IMG/VR virus record: IMGVR_UViG_3300044684_000278
Location: 72,321-136,320 of that record
DNA: 64,000 nt
Source of the DNA: a virus
Reading direction: 5' to 3' (one strand)
Both the position numbers and the translations under genes were made by a program. Of the stretch, positions 45,253-54,209 are shown piece after piece. The notes beneath the pieces are model-generated. The model was not told the DNA's origin. It did no database searches and saw only the letters and a program-made list of their open reading frames with translations. Position 1 is the first letter of the stretch, and the number at the start of each line of letters is the position of its first letter.

Positions 45253-45837
45253 ATGAAGCCCTTTAAAGCACCAGATCTCTCTGCTCCCCGTTATCGTCCC
45301 AAAAAGCTGAATCTACTCAATAATGAGTTCTGTGAACGGTTCAGGGAAAAGTATCCCAAGTACAAGCACCTCAGTAACCAGCAGATCAAAGAAGTGGTGA
45401 AAGCAGTGAATGGTGCCATGTGGCAGGAAGTTATTTCTTCCCGTGACGGCATTGAGCTACCGGAGCAGCTGGGATTTATTTTTATCGGGACATGTCCCCG
45501 CAAGCACGGGGAGAACACGGACTATAAGAAGTCCAGGGTCTACGGAGTAAAGACACAGAACAAGAACTGGGAATCTGACCAGTACGTGGCCAAGATCTTC
45601 TACACGAATTTTGAGACCAAGTATCACTTTAGATTTCATGAGCTCTGGGGATTTACAGCGGTAAGGGACTTCAAGAGGACCGTGGCCAGCACCTATCCGG
45701 AGCAGTGGAAACAATACGTGATGGTGGACAACCTGGTAAAGGTATCCCGCATATTCCGCAAGCAAGTCTACAAAGAACACATACAGAAAGAGACCCTACT
45801 GAGGCTGGAAGACTATGATGAGTTTGACCTCAGCTAA
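45253..45837 (+). CDS. HU/IHF-like protein
   Basis: IKEVVKAVN...DGIELPEQLGFIFI; position matches crAss-like IHF genes. Confidence 0.55.
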   Translation: MKPFKAPDLSAPRYRPKKLNLLNNEFCERFREKYPKYKHLSNQQIKEVVKAVNGAMWQEVISSRDGIELPEQLGFIFIGTCPRKHGENTDYKKSRVYGVKTQNKNWESDQYVAKIFYTNFETKYHFRFHELWGFTAVRDFKRTVASTYPEQWKQYVMVDNLVKVSRIFRKQVYKEHIQKETLLRLEDYDEFDLS

Positions 45838-45851
45838 CCTACCTAAACCCT

Positions 45852-46535
45852 ATGAGCAGAAAAACGATTGGAGATGTTGTTTCCAGGATCCGTAATAATC
45901 TCAAATCCGTTAACCAGGATGCGTTCCTGACGGACCGTTACATCTACTCCGTTGTGCTCAAGCACGGAGCCTGGCTGATGAAGCGTGAAGATGGAGCCTT
46001 CAAGCTCATGAAGTTCCAGAGCATATTTCAGACGCTGGACTTTGTGGAGCTGGAAGAAGTGGATAAGATCACGGCCCAATGTACCGGACTTACTTCTGAC
46101 TGCACCATTAAACGCACTAAAGATAAACTCCCTTCCTTCATGGAGGGTTACTGGGGCCCGCTGATCCGGGCGGTAACCTCCATTGACGGCTCCTTCAAAG
46201 TAGAAGCTACCACTCCCAATGATTACCTCAGGCTCTCCAGACAGAAGAACTTCAAGTACAACAAGACCCTTTATTACTGGTTCATCAATGACTACCTGTA
46301 CTTCCCCAACCTGGAATGGGATGCGGTGAGGATAGAAGGCATTTTTGAAGATGACATCTCTGCCTACACCTGCCTTGAGTGCGGTGATGATGGCTGTATG
46401 CCCCGCCAGAGTCAGTACTGCAATATCCCCGAATACCTGCTGGGTGAACTGGAAACCCATGTTCTCCAGGAGATGGGGCAGATGATGCAGTTCCCTGTAG
46501 ATCCTACCCATGACAAACAAAATCCTTCCCGCTAA
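45852..46535 (+). CDS. tail ring/tubular protein
   Basis: 227 aa; YYWFINDYLYFPN...IEGIFED; precedes the muzzle gene. Confidence 0.6.
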   Translation: MSRKTIGDVVSRIRNNLKSVNQDAFLTDRYIYSVVLKHGAWLMKREDGAFKLMKFQSIFQTLDFVELEEVDKITAQCTGLTSDCTIKRTKDKLPSFMEGYWGPLIRAVTSIDGSFKVEATTPNDYLRLSRQKNFKYNKTLYYWFINDYLYFPNLEWDAVRIEGIFEDDISAYTCLECGDDGCMPRQSQYCNIPEYLLGELETHVLQEMGQMMQFPVDPTHDKQNPSR

Positions 46536-46538
46536 TCC

Positions 46539-47453
46539 ATGAAGACTGAACTTACTTATAGAACCTTTGATGAACTGATAGATGCGGTGATGCTGGATTT
46601 ACAGATGTATGCAGGAGAAAGCATGATCCAGCACGCACAACTCATTAAAGTGGCCCAGCGGGTGAACTATGAACTGGGTCTGAGAATATACAAGACCAAG
46701 CAGGATGTCATTGAGATCAACCATGGTAAGGCAAGGCTGCCGGATGATTTCTACGTACTGAACTATGCCCTTCTGTGCTCCCATTACAAGATTATACAAC
46801 CCAAAATACAAGGAACCCATAAAGAAGATGCAAGAGCTTTTTTTAACTGTGATACTACGTGTACTCACTGTCATAAACCCAATCCGTGTGCAGATAAAGA
46901 AGGTATTGATCCGGATGATTTTGATTTCTGCAGATGTGACAAAGTATTTACCAATGAATGCGGAGATACTTTCACTGTTATTCATAAGGTAGGCTGGGAA
47001 TTCCGCTCCTATGATGAATTTGAGCACCTGGCGTTCCGTCCTGATAAAAAAGTAGACCCTCTTTTCCAGCATAATGCCTTTACACGTCATCACCGGAACG
47101 TAGCGGAGATCCGTAACAACTTCATTTATGTGAACGGACTGCAGACCGGGAAGCTCTATATCTCCTATGAGGGAGCCCTGGAAGATGATGAGGGGAACCT
47201 GCTGGTGCTGGATCACCCACTGGTGAACGAGTACTATGAGTATGCCCTCAAGCAGCGGATCCTGGAAAACCTGTATATGAATGGTGAGGATGTGGTACAG
47301 CGTCTCCAGCTCATAGAGCAGCGGATACGTCCCGCCCGTAACAATGCCTACACCATTGTCAACACCCCTGACTTCCAGGAGTTGCAGGCAGTCCATGACA
47401 TGAACCGTAAAGCCTATTACAAACGATTTGTTTCCATGTTCGTCGTAAGATAA
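46539..47453 (+). CDS. tail ring/tubular protein
   Basis: ARLPDDF and LYISY...DDEG motifs; Cys-rich insert. Confidence 0.6.
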   Translation: MKTELTYRTFDELIDAVMLDLQMYAGESMIQHAQLIKVAQRVNYELGLRIYKTKQDVIEINHGKARLPDDFYVLNYALLCSHYKIIQPKIQGTHKEDARAFFNCDTTCTHCHKPNPCADKEGIDPDDFDFCRCDKVFTNECGDTFTVIHKVGWEFRSYDEFEHLAFRPDKKVDPLFQHNAFTRHHRNVAEIRNNFIYVNGLQTGKLYISYEGALEDDEGNLLVLDHPLVNEYYEYALKQRILENLYMNGEDVVQRLQLIEQRIRPARNNAYTIVNTPDFQELQAVHDMNRKAYYKRFVSMFVVR

Positions 47454-47457
47454 TCCC

Positions 47458-50400
47458 ATGCCAGGCCAACCATCCCAAAATAATTCTACTTCCAACGCTG
47501 TTACCAACCTCTTCTCCAAGGGGCTCAATAAAGACTACAATGAGAGCTTCCTGGGAGAGGGTGTATGGACACATGCCCGTAATGCAGTGAACAATTCCCA
47601 TGACGGGCAGAAGGGTGTACTGGGTAATGAACCTAGTAACCTCAGGTGCGTACAGCTTCCTTACACCTATATTGGCTCGATCCCTCTGCTGGGAGATGAG
47701 TGGGCTATTTTTACCACAGATGATACCAGCTGTGAGATCGGTATCTTCAATGAAGCCCAGTGCAGCTATATCAAAGTAGTAAACGATCCCGGACTGGGTT
47801 TTAAGCGTACCAACCTGATCACAGGTGTGTACCGGCAAACCTTCAACTGTGGACGCAAGATCTACTGGAGTGATGCCCTGAACCCGGACCGCTGCATGAA
47901 CCTGGACAATCCTCCTTACGTGCAGCAGAAGGTCCTGAGTGGCGGCTGCTATATTGATACCAATACTTCACAGCTGGACATCGAGGCCCTCAGACTGGCT
48001 CCGTTATTAACTATCCCCACACTCGGGCTGAAGAAAGGAAAAGGATCCGGCACCCTTGCCAATGGTACCTACCAGGTGGCTATTGCATACACGGTGAATG
48101 AAATCCGGGTAACAGATTACCTGGTGCTTTCCCCTGAGCAGCCCCTGTTCTCCCATGAGAACCTCTCAGGTTCCCTGGAGTTATCCGTTACCGGCACTGA
48201 TCCGGAGTTTGATGAGATGGAAGTGGTGATCATTTCCACAGTAAATGCCAACACTGTGGTAAAACGCCTGGGTATCTACTCTACTGCCCAGAGCACGATC
48301 TATATTGATACCATTGATAATTCCCTGCCTACTATTCCCATCAGCCTGATCCCGCTGCGTACACCAGCCATAGAAAAATCAGACAGTATCTGGGGCGTGG
48401 GAAGCTACCTGCTTCGTCTGGGCATCTATCCCAAACAGGAGCTGAACTACCAGCCACAGGCCAACAAGATCACCACCAAGTGGGTGGCTGTAAAATACCC
48501 TGCTGATTACTACCTCAAGGGTGGAAACAAAGCCTCTTACATGAGGGATGAGCAGTACCCCTTCTTTATCCGCTGGATTTATAATACAGGGGACCGTACA
48601 GCCTCTGCTCATATTCCAGGACGTGCTCCGCTCACAGATGATCTGGCACTGGTCACCAATGCAGATGCCATAGAGCTTTCTTATGATGGTAGTACGCCAC
48701 AGAGATGGCAGGTATATAACACGGCTTCCGTGACCGCCAATACTGCCACACAGACTCCTGATGGTGGTACTATTGTCATGGAAGGTCAAATGGGATACTG
48801 GCAGAGCTCTGAGATCTACCCGGATGACAAACCGGAGATCTGGGGAAATCTATGTGGTAAACATATCCGGCATCATAAGTTCCCAGATAACTCCCTGGTT
48901 CCGCACTTCTCTGATAACGGGTCAACTATTACGATCCTGGGCGTGAAGTTTGAGAACATCACCCACCCGCTGGATGATAACGGGAACCCTATTACCTCCA
49001 TTGTAGGATACGAGATCCTGCGTGGCTCCAGGGAAGGGCAGAAGACTGTAATTGCCAAAGGCATTATCAATAACATGCGGGAGTATACCATCACCGGTAA
49101 CACTGACATGCAGGGCCTGTTTCAGAACTACCCTTATAACGATTTACGTGCAGACAGCTTCCTGACCCCTGAAAGACAGAAGGGAGACAATGGTGCTGCC
49201 AATGCACACTCCTCCAAGCTGAGTGGGTATAAAAAGGACATCTTCTCTTTTCACTCTCCGGAGACCACTTTTAACAAGCCTTTTCTGTCAGCAGAAGAGC
49301 TGAAGATCTATGGGGAAGTTTCCGGTACCGCTGTGGGGCGTTTTGAGACCCCTTACAAGCATCCTAAGTTTAAGCTGACTACTAATGCCGATGACGTAAT
49401 TGGAGACATTATAGGAGTCCTGAGTGCGCTTAATTCCTTTACCAGTGGTATAGATATAGGAGCTACAGAAGACTATCCCATTGGATTAAAAATAGGTCCA
49501 CTTCCTCCGCTTCCCTATATGCCACTGGACTTCTATGGCGTGGTGGATTCTGATCCGGCAGGACAGATTGCAAACTGGGCTACATGGGGTGTACAGGCTA
49601 TTGAATTTGCTGCTGCAGCTGTAAGCCTCATCACTACCATTGGCAAGTTTGCAGAGCTGGAAAAGGAGAAGTTCTTTTCCCTGATGCGTACCCTCATCCC
49701 AAAGGTGCAGTATGGAGCCCAGTATGTCAGTCATGGATTCTATGACAGTTACCAGGCTGCCCAGGAAGGTCAGACACGCAAGCTCATTACCAAGAGTAAC
49801 TACCTGACAGATAACCTGCAGACTTTCAACAGCAAGTACCAGGTGAATAATATTTTCCGTGGGGCTTCTGTGATTGTTCAAACCGGCAGTGAAGTTCCGG
49901 ATCCTTCTACCCAGGATCAGAGCCGTAAACTCCTCTCTGAAGCCGGAGTGGATCTGTATCAGAATTTCACTACCCCGATCAGCTCACACTATGTAGGGCT
50001 TAAAGTGAACTTATCCGCCCAGTACGGACAGATAGATTCCATCAAGCAGCTGCCTATCATGAGTGGGATCATCCGCACTCTTCCAGTGAGGAACCAGAAG
50101 TTCACTTCTGATATTCTCTTTGGCGGAGATACGTACATCAACCGATTCACGGAGAAAAATTCCTTCTTCTATTTCTATGACTGGCTCTTTGACATGCCGG
50201 ATGAATTCCAGTATGATTATACGCTCTATGTCAACGTACCTTACCCAAGATTCTGGGTTAACAATGAGCAGTATAACCGTAGCATCTTAAAGGTCTCCTC
50301 CAATTACCGTGTCCTGGATGCCAGGGATTCCACTGCTACCTATGTGAAGAAGGGTTACTTCTACCTGTTCAACTCAGGAGTGCGCGACTTCTTTGTGGAA

Positions 50401-52854
50401 AGTGAAGTGAACCTGGCCCTTCGTGACTGGGATGACAGTGACAACAAGCGTCACTATGATCCATATGGATACTCGGACCTGACCACCATGTTCCGCAGTG
50501 ATATTATCAAGAGCGGCAACTACTATAAGTATGATTATTCCCTGAGTAATACAAGGCTCTTCAACTCCTACATCTCCTGGGGTAATATCCTTCCAAGGGA
50601 TTATGATCCTGCGGATGCAGCCTGCTACAGCTACTACCCGAAGCGGATCATGTATTCACTCCCTCAGGAGCTGGAACAAAAGAAAGACAACTGGAAGAGT
50701 TTTCTTCCCAACAACTATAAGGACTTTCCTTCCCCGGTAACCTCTGTGAAGTCCATCAACCGGAGCGGTGCCCTGATCATGATGAAAAATGACAGCCCGG
50801 TACAGTTCATGGGCGTGGACAGTTTCCAGACCGATGCAGGCATAAAGGTGACTGTGGGGGATGGAGGATTATTCAACCAGCCACTGCAGAGCATTACCAA
50901 CTCTGACCGCATGTACCAGTATGGTGCCTGCCAGCATAAGTATGCCGTAACTGCTACGACCTACGGTGTGTTCTATATGTCCCAGGAAGCAGGAAAGATC
51001 TTCAATTTCTCCAGCGGCCTGGAAGAGATCAGCAACTATGGCAACAAGTGGTGGTTCTCCCAGTACCTGCCAAGCCAGCTGCTGCGTCAGTTCCCAAACT
51101 ATCAGTATTATGATAACCCGGTAATTGGTGTTGGCTGCCAGGTGATCTATGACAACACGGATGATATTGTATATTTCTGTAAAAAAGACTATAGGTGTAC
51201 GTCCAGTGAGGTGATCTATGATCCGGTTTACGGATTTGGTATTCCTCATGGCACCACTACAGTCACTGTATCACCAGCCTGGACAGAAACCGTACAAGCA
51301 GCCTATACGGAGACCATCAGTGATGCATACACAGAGCTGGTTCCCAGTCCTGCTACCTGCAATCCCCCCATTGACATGGTGTTTGTCCTGGACATTACCG
51401 GATCCATGGGTTCTACCATTGATAATCTCAAGACCTCAGTGGTAAACATTGCCCAGGCTCTTTCTACCAAGTCCAATAATGACTACCGTGTAGGCCTGAT
51501 TACTGTGAATGAGTATTATAACGGAAGCATGACGCTCTCCAACCTGGTAAATGATGACCAGATTGCCATACCTCTGAACACCTCTAATAATCTCACAGAG
51601 CTTCAAACAGCTGTGAACGGACTTTATGCGGAGGATGGTGGAGGCATTCCGGAGCCTACAGACGTAGCACTGGATGCTGCCATCAATAACACCACCCTTC
51701 ATGGCAAGAACCTGGGAACCTGGAGGAGTGGAGCTGTGAAGATGATCATTCTGATCACAGATGCCATGCCTTCCGGAAACGATGATTACTACCAGGTAGG
51801 CGTAGATGATCTGCGTGCCAATCAGCTTGCCCAGCAAGCAAAAGCTGCAGGCATCAAGATCTACCCGATTGCAACCGGGGTAGCTGCTTCCGATGCTTCC
51901 ATCCAGGCACTCATGCAGAACTATGCAACCGTAACAGGGGGCAGGCTGTATATTTCAGCCACTGGTGTAGTGGATACTTCCATCCAGGATGCGGTGGAGA
52001 ATATCCCATGTCCTCCTACAAGCGTATACCATCCTGCGGTTACTGTATATCACCCGGCCATAACCGTGGATCACCCGGCTATAACCAAAGTGGTCCCCAT
52101 CCTGACCAAGATAATCCTTGGAGATCCTAACTACTTTGAGGATGCTTCCTGGACCGTCAGCTACGATCCAAAAGAAAAACAATGGCTCTCGTTCCATGAC
52201 TGGTTCCCAACAGGGGTGCTTCCCGGAAAGAATCACTTTGCCACTGTTAGCGTGGATTCTATCTGGAAACACAACGTGCGTACAGACTCCTACTGCAACT
52301 TCTATGGGGTGGATTATCCTTTTGAAGTGGAGTTCGTGGCTTCCACTGGCCAGCAGGTCAACACTGTCAGATCCGTGGAATACATCCTGGAATCTTACAA
52401 ATACTACAACAATGGCCAGGATAAGTTCCATGTGCTGGATAACAACTTTGACCGGGCCGTGGTATACAACTCAGAGCAGGTATCCGGTATGCTGAGGCTG
52501 AACCTCAAACCCAAGAATGATCCGGTGGCCATCCTGCAGTATCCTAAAGTAAGCGGATCCACTATTGACATTCTTTATTCCAAGGAAGAGAACCGGTACA
52601 GGTTTAACCAGTTCTGGGACATCACTAAAGACCGTGGTGAGTTCTCCGGAGTGGAAAAACCGATGTTCATCACCAAAGCAAACGGGTACGTCTACCAGAT
52701 CAACCCTGCCTATGTCAATTACAGCAAGGCTCCTACAGAACACAAGAAGTTCCGTCACTACTCTAACAGAGTATTCCTGAGAAAACTTGTTTCAGGAGAG
52801 CTTAAGATGATCCTGAAGATTCATAATACCAAGACTTTACTGAGCTCCAGATAA
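47458..52854 (+). CDS. tail stabilization/muzzle protein with vWA insertion
   Basis: 1798 aa; GLNKD...ARN N-terminus, YMRDEQY.F, IRHHKFP, WTVSY...WLSFHDW; MIDAS DITGS in the insert. Confidence 0.75.
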   Translation: MPGQPSQNNSTSNAVTNLFSKGLNKDYNESFLGEGVWTHARNAVNNSHDGQKGVLGNEPSNLRCVQLPYTYIGSIPLLGDEWAIFTTDDTSCEIGIFNEAQCSYIKVVNDPGLGFKRTNLITGVYRQTFNCGRKIYWSDALNPDRCMNLDNPPYVQQKVLSGGCYIDTNTSQLDIEALRLAPLLTIPTLGLKKGKGSGTLANGTYQVAIAYTVNEIRVTDYLVLSPEQPLFSHENLSGSLELSVTGTDPEFDEMEVVIISTVNANTVVKRLGIYSTAQSTIYIDTIDNSLPTIPISLIPLRTPAIEKSDSIWGVGSYLLRLGIYPKQELNYQPQANKITTKWVAVKYPADYYLKGGNKASYMRDEQYPFFIRWIYNTGDRTASAHIPGRAPLTDDLALVTNADAIELSYDGSTPQRWQVYNTASVTANTATQTPDGGTIVMEGQMGYWQSSEIYPDDKPEIWGNLCGKHIRHHKFPDNSLVPHFSDNGSTITILGVKFENITHPLDDNGNPITSIVGYEILRGSREGQKTVIAKGIINNMREYTITGNTDMQGLFQNYPYNDLRADSFLTPERQKGDNGAANAHSSKLSGYKKDIFSFHSPETTFNKPFLSAEELKIYGEVSGTAVGRFETPYKHPKFKLTTNADDVIGDIIGVLSALNSFTSGIDIGATEDYPIGLKIGPLPPLPYMPLDFYGVVDSDPAGQIANWATWGVQAIEFAAAAVSLITTIGKFAELEKEKFFSLMRTLIPKVQYGAQYVSHGFYDSYQAAQEGQTRKLITKSNYLTDNLQTFNSKYQVNNIFRGASVIVQTGSEVPDPSTQDQSRKLLSEAGVDLYQNFTTPISSHYVGLKVNLSAQYGQIDSIKQLPIMSGIIRTLPVRNQKFTSDILFGGDTYINRFTEKNSFFYFYDWLFDMPDEFQYDYTLYVNVPYPRFWVNNEQYNRSILKVSSNYRVLDARDSTATYVKKGYFYLFNSGVRDFFVESEVNLALRDWDDSDNKRHYDPYGYSDLTTMFRSDIIKSGNYYKYDYSLSNTRLFNSYISWGNILPRDYDPADAACYSYYPKRIMYSLPQELEQKKDNWKSFLPNNYKDFPSPVTSVKSINRSGALIMMKNDSPVQFMGVDSFQTDAGIKVTVGDGGLFNQPLQSITNSDRMYQYGACQHKYAVTATTYGVFYMSQEAGKIFNFSSGLEEISNYGNKWWFSQYLPSQLLRQFPNYQYYDNPVIGVGCQVIYDNTDDIVYFCKKDYRCTSSEVIYDPVYGFGIPHGTTTVTVSPAWTETVQAAYTETISDAYTELVPSPATCNPPIDMVFVLDITGSMGSTIDNLKTSVVNIAQALSTKSNNDYRVGLITVNEYYNGSMTLSNLVNDDQIAIPLNTSNNLTELQTAVNGLYAEDGGGIPEPTDVALDAAINNTTLHGKNLGTWRSGAVKMIILITDAMPSGNDDYYQVGVDDLRANQLAQQAKAAGIKIYPIATGVAASDASIQALMQNYATVTGGRLYISATGVVDTSIQDAVENIPCPPTSVYHPAVTVYHPAITVDHPAITKVVPILTKIILGDPNYFEDASWTVSYDPKEKQWLSFHDWFPTGVLPGKNHFATVSVDSIWKHNVRTDSYCNFYGVDYPFEVEFVASTGQQVNTVRSVEYILESYKYYNNGQDKFHVLDNNFDRAVVYNSEQVSGMLRLNLKPKNDPVAILQYPKVSGSTIDILYSKEENRYRFNQFWDITKDRGEFSGVEKPMFITKANGYVYQINPAYVNYSKAPTEHKKFRHYSNRVFLRKLVSGELKMILKIHNTKTLLSSR

Positions 52855-54191
52855 TGAAGAAGAAAATTCACATAAAGAAATCCCATGAGGGCAGATTCAC
52901 ACAGTGGGCCAAAGAGCATCACATGAGTGTCTCTGAAGCTGCCCACCATGTGATGGCACACCAGGGAGATTATTCATCCCACGTGGTATCCATGGCCAAT
53001 TTTGCCAAAAACTTTGGTAAGAAGAAAGCAGATGGCGGTCCCTATATAGATGATAAAGGACTTGTCAACGGAGCGGATCCACGCTATGTCACCCAGGCTG
53101 ATACAGATGCCCTGGGACTGGGAGATCCGTCCAACCCACAAAATCAACAGGGGCAGCAACAGCCAGGCCCCTCTGCATTCAATGCAGCACTGAGGAAGTT
53201 TGCTATAGGTGCCAGCAACTTTGCTGGCGGTTACCTGAATCAGTTAGCCAATCCTTTTTCTATAGCCAATGGATTGAACTCTATGGACATGCTGGGTAAT
53301 ACCATCAACAACATCCAGCAGAACCATTACATGAAAAATTACCTCAGGGATCACATGACCTCTGACCAGGTCTTTTCTGTAGTAGACGGGTCCCAGAGCG
53401 GAATGCGTGGTGATTACAATGTCACTGGTTCTGCCTATGGCATGTTCCGTCCCGACCAGCTGGGAGCCAAATCCCCCTACGGAATGTTTAACGGGAAGTA
53501 TTACCCCAAACAGGAAAAGGGCGGAGAGCTTCCAAAAGCAGCGGCAGGATATGTGGCAGACGAGCTTAGCTATACACCCAGCTTCATGGGCAATACGTCC
53601 ACCACTGCGCCTGTGAATCCGGAGATCCCCGGAATGCATCTCCCCGCTTCTCCCATGACCTATCCAGGATTTAACAGCAATCCGAATGTCAGCGTCAATG
53701 AAAGGACCAAGGAAGCCTATAACTACTACGTAAAAGACAAGGGTCTTCCTTCCCACATTGCTGCAGGCATCATTGGAAACCTTTACCAGGAATCCGGGCT
53801 GAAGCCTACTGCCATCCAGCAAGGTGGTGCAGGCCGTGGTCTTGCACAGTGGGACGTGAACGGACGCTGGCAGGGATTTCTTAACTGGGCCAAAGAGAAC
53901 AACCGGGATCCTTATGATACCAAGTCTCAACTGGATTATGTGCTGGTGGAACCTGGTGAAGGCACCAAGGCACTTGACCGTTTAAAAAATACTTCCACTG
54001 CAGAGCAGGCTGCCTATGTTTTTGGTAAATTATATGAGAGGCCCAATGAGAAAGCTGCCAACTGGAGCAACCGCACATCCATTGCTGCAAAACTGGCCTC
54101 AGGCACCTACGAGCAAGGTGGTGAATATGAAATGACCGATGATGAGCTGCAGCAGTTCCTTAAATCCGGTGGTGAAGTAGAGTTTTTATAA
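52854..54191 (+). CDS. virion cargo protein with phage tail lysozyme domain
   Basis: AAGIIGNLYQESGL...GRGLAQW...QLDY...YERP (Phage_lysozyme2-like). Confidence 0.75.
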   Translation: MKKKIHIKKSHEGRFTQWAKEHHMSVSEAAHHVMAHQGDYSSHVVSMANFAKNFGKKKADGGPYIDDKGLVNGADPRYVTQADTDALGLGDPSNPQNQQGQQQPGPSAFNAALRKFAIGASNFAGGYLNQLANPFSIANGLNSMDMLGNTINNIQQNHYMKNYLRDHMTSDQVFSVVDGSQSGMRGDYNVTGSAYGMFRPDQLGAKSPYGMFNGKYYPKQEKGGELPKAAAGYVADELSYTPSFMGNTSTTAPVNPEIPGMHLPASPMTYPGFNSNPNVSVNERTKEAYNYYVKDKGLPSHIAAGIIGNLYQESGLKPTAIQQGGAGRGLAQWDVNGRWQGFLNWAKENNRDPYDTKSQLDYVLVEPGEGTKALDRLKNTSTAEQAAYVFGKLYERPNEKAANWSNRTSIAAKLASGTYEQGGEYEMTDDELQQFLKSGGEVEFL

Positions 54192-54209
54192 AATCAACAT
54201 AGTACCCTA

